Shown in pieces: positions 24,102 to 37,865 of a stretch of 64,000 bases of DNA (its first letter is position 1; each line of letters begins with the position of its first letter). Origin of the DNA: Thalia democratica. Lineage: Eukaryota. Made by a program: the position numbers and the translations under genes. The notes beneath the pieces are model-generated. The model did not search any database, had not been told where the DNA came from, and was given only the letters and a program-made list of their open reading frames with translations. The stretch is from assembly GCA_965202585.1 (NCBI GenBank), contig OZ241827.1, forward strand, positions 61,318,001 to 61,382,000. The letters are read 5' to 3'.

Positions 24102-25049
24102 CCTCAAATAGAATGATTAGTGCTACTAATCGTGTTAGTGAGTGTGCGTTACAATTAACAGCTTTTACAAAAGGTTTAATATAATCTAGCCTATAAATAA
24201 ATGCTTAATTAAGCTTAAATAGGTTAAATTCTAGTTAGTAAACAACTATTCTAGTTAATACTAGGTAGTAAAAACGTTTTACAACGTTCATCACAAATTT
24301 TTTAAATAAGTTTTCAGTTCTAAACGGTATCTTTTTTTTAAATTACTTTTGCTACTTTATAACTTTCCTTAACAGTTTTTTCTGATGAGTCTGTAGTTAC
24401 AAATGATAACTATGTTAAAACTGATTTAAGCAATTTTTTTTTCGTTTCTCGCAATAAATCCCAACTAAAGTTTTTTATTCCTATAGCTCGTCTTGTGTAT
24501 CACATTTACTGTTTTTAAATGCAATATGTATTTTTATTGCAGATAAAAAATTGCTAGAATGCTCAATAGAAAATAAGTTTTTCTACTTCATAAATGGCTT
24601 AATAAATTTTATACATTTATTAAAAATATTTATAAAACTTAGTTTTTCATTAAAGCTGACTTATAAATACTTTTTTAGCTATATAACAAGTTCACTCTTA
24701 ACAAACTTCGACATTTCTTTATTTTCTGAATTTTATTTTAAATACAGATGCCAAACAAACAGGCTAGTTTTAAAATTTTTTAAAACGTCGAATTTTATGA
24801 CTGTGGTGTAGTTTACTAACTGTTTTTTTTTGTCTACTTACATATTGCAATTTTATTGCAATTATTGTTTGTATTTATCGGCATTTTTAATGAGTATTGA
24901 CTCAATAAAACAGATCAACTAAGCATATATTTTTTTATTAGTCTGAAAAATAAATAATCGATGAATTTATTTAAAAAAAGTTTTTGTTTTTCAATGACAA
25001 AAAAAATAGTTTCAAGATAGTATGTTATGGTAATTAAATCACTCTTTTG

Positions 25050-25400
25050 TTTTAATCAATCTTACCAGGAAAAAAAAATGTCGTATTGTGTGAGAGGGTA
25101 GAAGATATTCGCTTAAAACTGAGCAGATTTAATTCAAATAGATTAAAATTCAGTAACTTTCCACAAAGATAATAAGAAGAAAATAAGTAAATAATTCCTT
25201 TATATTAATTATCTCAACTAAACTAACTACTGATTTCATCATATTTCTATTTTTGATACTAATTAGTTTTATTTCCCTACGTCTCCCCCTAATAGAATAC
25301 TATTTTAATATTAGTAATTTGTACTACGTTTTCACCTTTTATATTAAGCAAATAGGTTTAAACTTTTTATTGAGTTTTTATAACTTTAGCTATGTTTGAT
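25050..25400 (+). mobile_element. CR1-like LINE 3' fragment
   Basis: Aligns with 53240-53600 (ttacca..tgtga.agggt.gaa..ttaaaact; ttccctacg.ctccccctaa). Confidence 0.6.
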
Positions 25401-25462
25401 GATCAGTACTTTGTACTTAAGCCCGCTTGGTTAAGTTCACAATAGCGGTTTATCGCAACTAT

Positions 25463-25505
25463 TCCTGCCTGATTAGCCCTAATTAGGACGAAACCGGTCG
25501 TAGGA
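25463..25505 (+). ncRNA. Minimal type I hammerhead ribozyme, degenerate (Penelope-type)
   Basis: tcctgc-CTGATTA-gccc-taatta-ggac-GAAA-ccg-GTC-gtagga; 6-bp stem I; core G8 replaced by U. Confidence 0.7.
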
Positions 25506-27040
25506 TTGTCTCGGATGCTGTTGATCTTGCGGTAAAGCTCATTAATTATTACTGATGGCGCGAAACATCTCAACTCTGTTGATGATGGCCGTAATAACTA
25601 CTGGTTATTTTTAAAAGGTAATTTTTAAAAAATTACTCGTCTCATACTAGTATTGTTTGTCACAAAGCAGCATACTGTTTTTACATGTAAATTTACTCTT
25701 AAACACAATAGTTTGCAACTAAAACTAATTTTCATTTGTATATGATTATGTTATTTTGATATAATTTACTTTATCATTAAATTTAGTCATAGTTTCAGTA
25801 TAGCCTTTTTAATATATGTTTTAAATAATGAAAGCCGGTTAAATAAAAAAGCTTTCTACCCCTGCAACAAACTTGTGATGTTTAAAAAGACCACCAGAAA
25901 ATATCAGATGGCTTATTGAGATTAACAATAAATTTATTATTACTCGCCAACAAGATTGTGCAAATTTAGTTTATGTCGTTTAAATCGTTAATTTAGTACA
26001 TTTAAAAAAGTGGTTTGAATACTGATTTCTACAACTAAAAAAAAATTAAGTGACTAGTTTACAAATAAATATAAAATAGTTTTACCCTACTTTACTTGTT
26101 TGAAATAAAAATAAGTAGTTGCTATCATTATGCGGTGCTAAACATACTTTGTTTAGGTAACCTTGAAGTGTACAACTACTTCTATTCTTATGAAGCACAA
26201 TTTAAGCTTAAAGAGATATATCAGAACAATAAAATTTATTACAAGTATTAAACAAAAGGTTGGTATTATATACTGTAGGCTAGAAGTAAACGTATTCTAC
26301 CGCAGACCGTTTACTGTTTTAATAAAAATAGAAATTGTTTTAAAAAACAATCAAGTACTACTGAAATATTTTTAAAGCCAAATAGCTTCTACCACTTAAA
26401 AAAAAAAGTACTATATTATTATTCTCTAAATAAACTTTATATATTTAGGTTGTTTCAATAAAAAATATGTCCAACGCCTTGTATTTAAGTTTGCTTTAGG
26501 AGTATAAATACAATAAAGGAGTGCATCATTGAGGAACTTTTAAATGTTTAGTATTAGCTAATTTTAAATAAGAAATAAATAATTTAAGCACAGTAAAGCT
26601 GTTTTGTGCACAAGTGTATCTTACGGGATAAAACAACTAAAATATCTCAAACGAGAAAGCTAAATAAAATCTTGTTTTCAATGTACAGCAGACAAACATG
26701 CATATAGCTCTTAATTTGAGATTTCAAACAAATGCAATAAAAAAACCTTACAAAACATTTAGACTAAACTAAAATATTACACAGTACTACGATGACTTAT
26801 TAGGTAATTTAAAGAAGAAAAAATGTTTTACACTAGCATTACAATGATATATATCTAACAAGATTTAAACAAAACTTTAAAAACTAAAAAAATACAGAGC
26901 TATAAAATCTAAATAAAAAAAAGTACAAAGTTTTATTATAAGGAACAAAAACAAAAAAATCTAAAAACACAAACTCATAAAATAAATACAAAACAGCAGC
27001 ACCAACAAGTGCTGTGCTCTGCTACGCACAGCTCAATTTT

Positions 27041-27323
27041 TTACTCTTCGGGCGGTTTTATCTCGCAGAGACCCAACTTTAAAGGAATCGAGCAATGATT
27101 GTCGTCCATACCCAGCCGTCCAAACTTCAAACGGACATACACGCAGTTTTGGATGGTGTGTTCGCCGCCGTCGTTTGGCTCACCCGAGGCCTACGAGAAC
27201 AAGTTTCCGGCCATTTCAGTGTCAAACATCTCATCTGATTCCGGTTTCCGCCACACGCCCTCAACTAATTCGTCGGTCAGGCCGATCCACGCTTCCTTAT
27301 CCAGGACCAATTTTCTGATTTCT
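27041..27323 (-). pseudogene. CTLD C-half exon L2 with premature stop
   Basis: Paralog of L4; TGG to TAG at 27191-27193, upstream of EPN. Confidence 0.85.
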
Positions 27324-28084
27324 CTGTTTATTTTACTTTGAGATTTACGCTGTAATACAGTTAAAATGAATCGCTGTGATTTTTTTTTGGTAAAAGAGAT
27401 GAAGAAAAAATCAAGCATGTTAGTTGGATTTATTTTTATATGCAAAGTTGTGTACGTCCGATGTTACTCAAATTTTTTTGATGTCGTTAGTTTGCTAACT
27501 AAACCAAAACTTAAGTTGTTTTTTATATTCTTAGGATGTGTTAGTTTACTAGTGAAACACACAAAATTGATCGAGATTTTTAAGCTGGTAATAAAAGAAA
27601 TATTTTTACTGTTAACAAGCATTTTTACACTAACTCATGTCATAATCAAATTGTATAACATAATGCTGTTATGTTTTAAAGACAAATATATTTAAAATAA
27701 AACTTACAGCTTTTCACTGTACAGCAGACAAACATGCAAATAGCTTTTAATTTTAGATTTTAAACAAATGCAATAAATAACCTTATAAAATATTCTAGTC
27801 TATACTAAAACACTCTACAGTGTTACGATGACTTATTAGGTAATTTAAATATGAAAAAATGTTTTACTACAGCATTTTAATGATATATATCTAACTAGGT
27901 TTAAACTAAACTTTAAAAACTAAGAAAAAAATACAGAGCCATAAAATCTAAATGAAAAAAAAGTACAAAGTTTTATTAAAAGGAACAAAAACAAAATAAT
28001 TTAAAAACAGGAGCTCATAAAACAAATACAAAACTTCAACACCTTCAAGCGCTGCGCTCTGCTTCGCACAGCTCAAATTTCTTT

Positions 28085-28421
28085 TCAATCTTCGGGCGGT
28101 TTTATCTCGCAAAGACCAAACTTGTCGCCCGAGTAAAAAGATGAGCATGTTCCAGCCGGAACATCGGTGCAGCAGTTGGTGTCGTCCATATTCAGTGGGC
28201 CTTTGTAACCGACATACACACAGTCCTGGTCAACTGCGCTGTTCCCATTAACGCGGCCGTTATTGGGCTCAGGCCATACCCACGAGAACAAGTTTCCATT
28301 CATTTCAGTGTCAAACTTCTCATCTGAAGCTGAAGATCCCGGTTTCCGCCACACGCCCTCAACTAATTCGTCGGTCAGGCCGATCCACGCTGGATTATCC
28401 AGGACCAAATCCCTGATTTCT
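28085..28421 (-). CDS. CTLD C-half terminal exon L3 (intact)
   Basis: 337 nt; WIGLTD, EPN, MDD, GLCE; phase-2 acceptor; AATAAA at 27972-27977. Confidence 0.8.
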
Positions 28422-28809
28422 CTGTTTATTTTTTACTTTGAGATTTACGCTGTAATACAATTAAAATAAATCCGCTGTGATTTTCTTTTAGTAAAAGAGA
28501 TGAAGAAAAAATCAAGCATGTTAGTTAAATTTAATTTTATATGCAAAGTTGTGTACGTCCGATGTTACTCAAATTTTTTTGTTGTTGTTAGTTTGCTAAC
28601 TAAACCAAAGCTTAAGTTGTTTATTATATTCTTAGGATGTGTTAGTTAAACAGTGAAAAACACAAAATTGATCGAGATTTTTTAAGCTGGTTAAAAAACG
28701 AAATATTTTTTACCGTTAACAAGTATTTTTACACTAATTCAAGTCATGATCAAGTTGTTAAACGAAATGCCTTTTTTCAATAGACATATATATTTAAAAT
28801 ACAATTTAC

Positions 28810-28911
28810 GGGTGATATATTTTCCCGTCGGGTCCTAAGTTTTCATATATTAGGTCTCCATTCAATCTTTGACATTGCTCCCGAGTTTCGTTAAGCTGAA
28901 CTCGTATTCCC
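28810..28911 (-). pseudogene. CTLD N-half exon N3 with 22-nt frameshifting deletion
   Basis: 102 nt versus 124 nt in N1 and N5; cctggttaaacgtaccc.. is missing. Confidence 0.85.
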
Positions 28912-29128
28912 CTATGAGTTGTTAGTGAGTCAAAAACTATCCAATTACAAACAAACATATTAAGCATTTTGGTCAAGGTACAATTTTAGTAACGAAGGTT
29001 TTAATTTATACAACTTAAGCTTTTATTTGGTCGTTTTATTTATGTGGTTTTTTTCATAGTTATGCTTTTTACGTGGTGAAACTAAAAACCTTAATTTAAT
29101 TAATGATTTTTAACTTGAAATATACTCA

Positions 29129-29271
29129 TCACTTAGTGATGTTTAGATGAATAAAGTACAAAAACTGGTAATTTGAATCATCGCAAGCGTATCTAGTCAT
29201 GGTGTAGGCAGTAAAGTCTAAATCTACGATTTTCACATTGAAATCGTCCGGGGTTGGTAGGAGAGGACAAA
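29129..29271 (-). other. CCP stub exon C3 (half module ending in a stop)
   Basis: ttatttag|VCPLLPTPDDFNVKIVDLDFTAYTMTRYACDDSNYQFLYFIHLNITK*. Confidence 0.6.
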
Positions 29272-30803
29272 CTAAATAAAACTGTTGTTCAAAATCCAAT
29301 AGTTTTAACACAGTGTTGAAACATGCTTGTGTTTATCTATAGGCTGTAGATTATACAAATTTAACCGGATGACACCGGATGTAGAGCGCGCAAAATAAAA
29401 AGATACAAATGTTGAAATAAAGAAAAGAAAGATAGAAGTAATAAGTTTATGCCACCGAATGTGTAGGCTTATACGTTGAGTTCTATGTTCAAGTTGACCA
29501 AAACTGGAAGTTGTTGCTGGAGGACAGCTTGTCTGCTACAGTATGCGTAAACTTATGAGTATGGCACGCTAACAACTCAAATCGAGCTGTACGCCCCGTC
29601 GACATTGCTAAAGTAGGTATACAAAATGTATATAGAATAAGATATAAAAACTACGAAGTTATGAAGTAAAGTACAAAGTAAATGTTTTAGATAAAAAACA
29701 AATACTTGAATAAGAAGGATTTTCCGGAGATCATCTAGCTTTTCTAAGATGGCGGCTTACGCTCAAAGCGCCAAGAGACGTGGAACTGCTTTCTTCTTGA
29801 CATGAAGTCGGTAAAACTTGCTCTCTCATTCGCTCGGCTGCTCATGTACACCTCGTTTGCATAACAGTTCCGCATGATCAAGGCATGGTTCTAATTATCT
29901 AATTATAACATGCTGGTAGAAGCATGATACCCGGCGTGATTGTTAGTTTACTCTACATGGCATTAAGAAAATTGCGTCAACTAACTTAACTAGCGATTGT
30001 TATTATTTGTTCGAAACAATGTTTTAAAAAACCAAATTGTTTTTAAATTAATTATCATTAAACGAAAAAAAATTAAAATTAAAATTATTAATTAACTAAC
30101 TCGACAATTTAACTATCGAAGCGAAAACAATAAATTTTTCAGGTCGATGTCCAATATCGACTTTATTTATTTTTTTTTTTCTAATGAGTAAGTTTTATGA
30201 AATCAAACAAATAGTATCATACTTCTCAAAAAGTCGTTCTATTCAATCTATAGAATTTAAATTTTTAACTTTATTTTAAGAACAATTAATGATAGAAGAA
30301 TAAAAAAGAAGAATAAAAAATTCAGAAAATAAATAATCATTATAAAAGTTTAATTTAAACCTCAACTTAAACGAATTACGAGATGCTCCATAATCAAGTA
30401 TCACAAAATATACTTGAAATTTAAATCAAATTACAAAGGGGACTCATCTAAATTGTATTAAGTACATTTTTTTGATAAAAATAAACTAATCATGATAAAT
30501 AAAAAGTTCAATTTAAACCTCAACTTAAACGAATTACGAGAAGCTCAACGATCAAACATATTTTATTATATGTTTGATTCAAAACTAATTTTTTCTGAAA
30601 AATTAGCTTCCTTATTTATACTACTTTTATGATTTATGTCAATCTGCAACACCTCCTTAACACTTGAGAAAAAGACAACAATAAAGCATCACAAAATATA
30701 AATTAAATTAAAAACGATATTCATTCAAATTGCATTAAGCACATTTTTTCGATAAAATACATCATAAAGTCCATCAATTTAGATATAAAGTTTAATTTAA
30801 ACC

Positions 30804-32160
30804 TCAAGTTAAGTGAATTAGTAAGAGCTTTAATTTTGTTCTGAACTTTTTATTATAAGGTCTACTAACGTAATTTTTTTTCGGTGACGCTAATAGTTAT
30901 TACTGTTACCATGGATTTGGTAACGATTATCAAGTTCGTGCCTATAGCTACCACCGTTACAACAATTTTGGTTTCGGATATTAAAATTTCGAACGAAGTA
31001 TCTAGAATAATTAATGCAATTTTGATTTCGATTGTTAAAGTTACGCCCGTAATTATTACTATTACCGTAATTTTGGTAACGCTTTTAAAAGTTCTGTCTC
31101 AAGTTACCGCTGTTGTCATAACTTTGTTTAACATACCTGTCATTGCCGCTATTGTGACGCCCATTATGTCGTTGATGGCCTTGGTTTTTTCTTGACCTGT
31201 TATAATTGACTGGTGGATCGGATACAGGAGGGTCGTCACTTTGGTGTGACTGCATAGTCTGTACGCGGCGTTTCAATTGTATAAGATCTTCTACAACATA
31301 TTTTCGATCCTGCTCTTTAAAGAACTAGGAGCATGATATTATAAAAAGAACTTAATACGGTCATCCTCATGAGCTGTTGCACATTCGGTAGCCTCGGCCA
31401 AATACGCGCTAAACGAAGTAGAGCTGGTATGTATTGGACGTTTGCCGAGAATTGGCGTAAAGGGACAGTCACGTCTTTCAAAAAATTCTTTGAACGATTG
31501 AAAATTTTGTTTTTCAGGGCTGACTGTCGTATAGTATTGTGACACCTCGTCGGGAACCCATTTTCCGACCATAATGTTATATTTCGTGTGATCATCTGTC
31601 ACATTGAGTCGCTCAAATTCTCCGACGAAGTAATTCAGGGTTTGGCGTGGTCTAGTAATTTTAGTGAAACGGTGAAATTTACGTGTAAGCTTATCTGCGC
31701 TAGTTTCTTTATTAAAAACACTGCCGTCGTTGACGTAAATCGGAAGAAGAGTTTTTTTTTTTGTTCTAATGTTCTAATTATTTCATTGACATTTTTTAAC
31801 GACGTTTGATGACTGTACGCCGATAAATGTTCAAAACTGTTCGGTGCGACATAGTTTTGGCGCATTTTTTGTTTATTAACGGTCTTCGTTCTCGTTTTGT
31901 ATCCGTTAATGTTATCGAAAGGTAGTGGATCGTAGCGTTGAAGGATGCCGTTATAACCCTCAGCTCTTGCTACTAACACTTTCCTTTCGTCTGATATCGA
32001 TTTGTGTTGTTCTGATATCGCTTTGTGTTGGTGAGATATGTTAGTCCGCTCAGGGTTTATAGTTGTGGTAACTAGCGTCCATACCCTCTTCAGCATCAGT
32101 AACTAACCTCGAGCGGTCGTATACTGACACAGGTATGGATCTCTTGCTGCTAGCACTCAT
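30804..32160 (-). pseudogene. Degenerate Ty3/Gypsy-like gag (copy 2)
   Basis: Duplicate of 22753-24101 and better preserved; joined frames give TLNYFVGEFERLNVTDDHTKYNIMVGKWVPDEVSQYY..FKEFFERR. Confidence 0.55.
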
Positions 32161-33199
32161 CCTCAAATAGAATGATTAGTGCTACTAATCGTGTTAGTGA
32201 GTGTGCGTTACGATTAACAGCTTCTACAAAAGGTCTAATATAATCTAGCCTATAAATAAATGCTTAATTAAGCTTAACTAGGTTAGATTCTAGTTAGTAA
32301 ACAACTATTCTAGTTAATACTAGATAGTAAAAACGTTTTACAACGTTTTACAACGTCCATCACAAATTTTTAAAATAAGTTTTCAGTTCTAAACGGTATA
32401 TTTTTTTTAATTACTTTTGCTACTTTATAACTTTCCTTAACAGTTTTTTCTAGTCAGTCTGTAGTTACAAATGATAACTATGTTAAAACTGATTTAAGCA
32501 ATTTTTTTTTTCTTTTCTCGCAATAACTCCCAACTAAAGTTTTTTATTCCTATAGCTCGTCTTGTGTATCACATTTACTGTTTTTAAATGCAATATGTAT
32601 TTTTATTGCAGATAAAAAATTGCTACAATGCTCAATAGAAAATAAGTTTTTCTACTTCATAAATGGCTTAATAAATTTTATACATTTATTAAAAATATTT
32701 ATAAAACTTAGTTTTTCATTAAAGCTGACTTATAAATATTTTTTTAGCTATATAACAAATTCACTCTTAACAAACTTCGACATTTCTTTATTTTGTGAAT
32801 TTTATTTTAAACACAGATGCCAAACAAACAGGCTAGTTTTAAAATTTAAAAAACTCAGACTAGGTTAAACATTTTCTAAACCTCAGGTGTAGGTGAAACT
32901 TTTATTTCAAAAGCTTTGAATAAAACGTCGAATTTTATGACTGTGGTGTAGTTTACTAACTGTTTTTTTTGTCTACTTACACATTGCAATTTTATTGCAA
33001 TTATTGTTTGTATTTATCGGCATTTGCAATGAGTATTGACTCAATAAAAGAGATCAACTAAGCATATATTTTTTCATTAGTCTGAAAAATAAATAATCGA
33101 TGAATTTAATTGAAAAAGTTTTTGTTTTTCAATGACAAAAAAATAGTTTCAAGATAGTATGTTATGGTAGTTAAATCACTCTTTTGTTTTAATCAATCT

Positions 33200-33540
33200 T
33201 ACCAAGAAAAAAAATTAAATGTCGTATTGTGTGAGAGGGTAGAAGATATTCGCTTAAAACTGAGCAGATTTAATTCAAATAGTATAAAATTCAGTAACTT
33301 TCCACAAAGATAGTAAGAAGAAAATAAGTAAATTATTTCTTTATATTAATTATCTGATCTAAACTAACTACTGATTTCATCATATTTCTATTTTTGATAC
33401 TAATTAGTTTTATTTCCCTACGTCTCCCCCTAATAGAATATTATTTTAATATTAGTAATTTGTACTACGTTTTCACCTTTTATATTAAGCAAATAAGTTT
33501 AAATTTTTTATTGAGTTTTTATAACTTTAGCTATGTTTGA
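33200..33540 (+). mobile_element. CR1-like LINE 3' fragment, duplicate
   Basis: Duplicate of 25050-25400. Confidence 0.6.
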
Positions 33541-33603
33541 TGATCAGTACTTTGTACTTAAGCCCGCTTCGTTAAGATCACAATAGCGGTGTCTCGCGAC
33601 TAT

Positions 33604-33646
33604 TCCTGCCTGATTAGCCCTAATTAGGACGAAACCGGTCGTAGGA
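33604..33646 (+). ncRNA. Minimal type I hammerhead ribozyme, degenerate duplicate
   Basis: Identical to 25463-25505. Confidence 0.7.
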
Positions 33647-34767
33647 TTGTCTCGGATGCTGTTGATCTTGCGGTAAAGCTCATTAATTATTACTGATGGC
33701 GCGAAACATCTCAACTCTGTTGATGATGGCCGTAATAACTACTGGTTATTTTTAAAAGGTAATTTTTAAAAAATTACTCGTCTCATACTAGTATTGTTTG
33801 TCACAAAGCAGCATACTGTTTTTACATGTAAATTTACTCTTAAACACAATAGTTTGCAACTAAAACTAATTTTCATTTGTGTATGATTATGTTATTTTGA
33901 TATAACTTACTCTATCATTAAACTTAGTCATAGTTTCAGTATAGCCTTTTTAATATATGTTTTAAATAATGAAAGCTGGTCAAATAAAAAAGCTTTCTAC
34001 CCCTGCAACAAACTTGTGCTGTTTAAAAAGACCACCAGAAAATATCAGATGGCTTATTGAGATTAACAATAAATTTATTATTACTCGCCAACAAGATTGT
34101 GCAAATTTAGTTTATGTCGTTTAAATCGTTAATTTAGTACATTTAAAAAAAGTGGTTTGAATACTTATTTTTACAACTAAAAAAAAATTAAGTGACTAGT
34201 TTACAAATAAATATAAAATAGTTTTACCCTACTTTACTTGTTTGAAATAAAAATAAATAGTTGCTATCATTATGCGGTGCCAAACGTACTTTATTTAGGT
34301 AACCTTGAAATGTACAACTACTTCTATTCTTATGAAGCACAATTTAAGCTTAAAGAGATATATCAGAACAATTAAATTTATTACAAGTATTAAACAAAAG
34401 GTTGGTATTATATACTGTAGGCTAGAAATAAACGTAGTCTACCGCAGACCGTTTACTGTTATAATAAAAATAGAAATTGTTTTAAAAAACAATCAAGTAC
34501 TACTGAAATATTTTTAAAGCCAAATAGCTTCTACCACTTAAAATATATAAAAAAGTCATTTATTATTATTCTATAAATAAACTTTATATATTTAGGTTGT
34601 TTCAATTAAAAATATGTCCAAAGCCTTGTATTTAAGTTTGCTTTAGGAGTACAATAAAGGAGTGCATCATTGAGTAACTTTTAAATGTTTAGTATTAACT
34701 AGTTTTAAATAAGAAATAAATAATTTAAGCACAGTAAAGCTGTTTTGTGCACAAGTGTATCTTACGG

Positions 34768-34917
34768 CAGTACTTCTGAAATGGGGTTCCTTTCGAAATT
34801 AAAAAAAAAAACATTTATTTAATTAAACATTTTATGTAAAATTAAAATTAGGGGTTCCGCGGAAAAGTTGAACTGTGGAAAAGGGTTCCGCCACTAGAAA
34901 AAGGTTCAGAAGCACTG
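34768..34917. mobile_element. 150-bp hAT (Charlie-type) MITE
   Basis: TIR cagtacttctgaa / ttcagaagcactg; 8-bp TSD tcttacgg (34760-34767, 34918-34925); empty site in the paralog near 26620. Confidence 0.93.
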
Positions 34918-35338
34918 TCTTACGGGATAAAACAACTAAAATATCTCAAACGAGAAAGTGAAATAAAATCTTGTTTTCACTGTACAGCAGACAAACATGC
35001 ATATAGCTCTTAATTTGAGATTTCAAACAAATGCAATAAAAAACCTTACAAAACATTTAGACTAAACTAAAATATTACACAGTACTACGATGACTTATTA
35101 GGTAACTTAAAGAAGAAAAAATGTTTACACTAGCATTATAATGATATATATCTAACAAGATTTAAACAAAACTTTAAAAACTAAAAAAATACAGAGCTAT
35201 AAAATCTAAATGAAAAAAAAGTACAAAGTTTTATTAAAACGAACAAAAACAAAATAATCTAAAAACACAAACTCATAAAATAAATACAAAACAGCAGCAC
35301 CAACAAGCGATGTGCCCTGCTACGCACAGCTCAATGTT

Positions 35339-35621
35339 TTACTCTTCGGGCGGTTTTATCTCGCAGAGACCCAACTTTAAAGGAATCGAGCAATGATTGT
35401 CGTCCATACCCAGCCGTCCAAACTTTAAACGGACATACACGCAGTTTTGGATGGTGTGTTCACCGCCGTCGTTTGGCTCACCTGAGGCCCACGAGAACAA
35501 GTTTCCAGCCATTTCAGTGTCAAACACCTCATCTGATTCCGGTTTCCGCCACACGCCCTCAACTAATTCGTCGGTCAGGCCGATCCACGCTTCCTTATCC
35601 AGGACCAATTTTCTGATTTCT
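35339..35621 (-). CDS. CTLD C-half terminal exon L4 (intact)
   Basis: 283 nt; EIRKLVLDKEAWIGLTD..EPND..NCVYV..MDDNHC..GLCE; AATAAA at 35230-35235; no N-half exon of its own. Confidence 0.8.
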
Positions 35622-36077
35622 CTGTTTATTTTACTTTGAGATTTACGCTGTAATACAGTTAAAATGAATCCGCTGTGATTTTTTCGGTAAAAGAGATGAA
35701 GAAAAAATCAAGCATGTCAGTTGGTTTTAATTTTATATGCAAAGTTGTGTACGTCCAATGTTACTAAATTTTTTTGTTGTTGTTAGTTTGCTAACTAAAC
35801 CAAAACTTAAGTTGTTTATTATATTCTTAGGATGTGTTAGTTTACTAGTGAAACACACATAATTGATCGAGATTTAAAAGCTGGTAATAAAAGAAATATT
35901 TTTACTGTTAACAAGTATTTTTACACTAACTCATGTCATAATCAAATTGTATAACATAATGCTGTTATGTTTTAAAGACAAATATATTTAAAATAAAACT
36001 TACAGCTTTTCACTGTACAGCAGACAAACATGCATATAGCTTTTACTTTTAGATTTCAAACAAATGCAATAAATAAC

Positions 36078-37865
36078 TAGTGATGTACCGGACTCACTAT
36101 CCGGGTCCGGGTCCGGCCGGATATTGCCATTTTTGTCTGATATCCGGATCCGGCCGGATTCTAATTTGAAAAAAAAGTCCGGATCCGGTTCCGGCCGGAT
36201 TTTAATTTGAAAAAAAAGTCCGGATCCGGTTCCGGCCGGATTCTAATTTGAAAAAAAAGTCCGGATCCGGGTCCGGCCGGATCCTAACAGAGATCCGGCC
36301 GGACCCGGATCTAGTTAGTAAAAAAGAGCATACTGAAAAGTATTTTTCCAAAAACAAACCCTGTGTAAATTAATAAGAGTCATTTTCGTCAGCTAAAATT
36401 AAACATCTACCGTGATTGGCTCATTTTGTACATGTGACTAATTTACATTTGTTTACATTTAAACTATGAAATAAACATTTCAGAAATGCAGCTCATTACA
36501 TATGCAGTAAAATTGAAAACTTTGGAATAAATACTTGCATTATTTATTGTTTAAAGTTGAGCTCAGAGAATATTTAGAGTTAATACGGTTGAATGTAAGA
36601 TCCGATGAGAATCATATGACAAAATGTTTCAAACTAAATACTGACACAACAAAACATCAGAACATGACAGGCAGTTTATATGTAAGCAGTTAGTTAATTT
36701 GGTGTGCAGCTTGAAGCAACAAAATATCTTGAACTTTTTTGTGAATGTTTATTGTAAGTAGTGTTTTGTTTTAAAAGTGAATAATTCAACTGGTGTTTAA
36801 TTGTTTAAATATTTAAGCCAGGTTTGTAGTTTAATAGTTTATTAAAAATTTAACAGTTTCTTGTTTACTAAAAGTTTTATTTTATTTTTAGTTTATTGTT
36901 TTAAGTCTTTTGAGATAGATTTAAATAGCTTCCAGTTTTTAAAGTGTTACCAAAGTAATTAATAGTTTTGTATATGCTAGTATTTCTTATTGTGTTTTAT
37001 ATAAAAGATTCATCACTCAAAACTGTCGTGTCTGATTATAGAAAGTAGTCTCAGTTAGAATTTAGAATTTGTTAGATATTAGTTAAATAAGGTAGGATTT
37101 AACTATGATGGGTAGTACTAATAGGTTAAGTGTACCACAATCAGTACACAACTTTACTACCAAATTGTCAACCCTTGCTAGCTGTTCTACTGATTATTAG
37201 ATTAAAGTAATTTTTTCAGTTTTTAAAAACCTCATTCTGACTCAGGCTTGTTTATATTCACTCTAGCTAGTTTTATTGACTTAAACAGTGGCAACCCTGC
37301 TAGTTAGAAAATTTTTGGGAATTTTAGAAATCTTGGACTGCCTCAGGCTAGTTTAGTTTTTTATAAAAACTCAGGCTAATTTTCTTTTAGATTTTGAATG
37401 AGTTTGAGCTGATCCAGTTTTCAATAGTTTGTAGTTTTCTAGTGTATTTTGTTCAAGAACTTGATTTCAGATTTTTAATTGTAAATAAAACCTAAATTTG
37501 TAAACCTTGTGGCTAGCTGTTCTAACTTTTATTAGATTAAAGTTTTTTTTTTCAGTTTTTAAAAACCTCATTCTGACTCAGGCTAGTTTATACTAGTGAT
37601 GTATTGGACTCACTTTCCGGGTCCGGGTCCGGCCGGATATTGCCATTTTTGTCTGATATCCGGATCCGGCCGGATTCTAATTTGAAAAAAAAGTCCGGGT
37701 CCGGTTCCGGCCGGATTTTATTTTGAAAAAAAGTCCGGATCCGGTTCCGGCCGGATTCTAATTTGAAAAAAAAGTCCGGATCCGGTTCCGGCCGGATTCT
37801 AATTTGAAAAAAAGTCCGGATCCGGGTCCGGCCGGACCCGAAATTGTGGGTCCGGTACATCACTA
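36078..37865. mobile_element. 1,788-bp composite hAT-like element
   Basis: TIR tagtgatgtaccggac / gtccggtacatcacta; 8-bp TSD taaataac (36070-36077, 37866-37873); empty site at about 27773-27781; internal ~41-bp CCGG-rich tandem repeats. Confidence 0.92.
37594..37865. mobile_element. Inner 272-bp MITE (second left end plus shared right end)
   Basis: tagtgatgtattggactcac.. repeats the 36078 left arm. Confidence 0.85.

Noticed and set aside
37588-37863. 91-aa ORF with RIRTFF/PEPDPDFF repeats
   Set aside because: Translation of the 41-bp CCGG-rich repeats of the hAT MITE.
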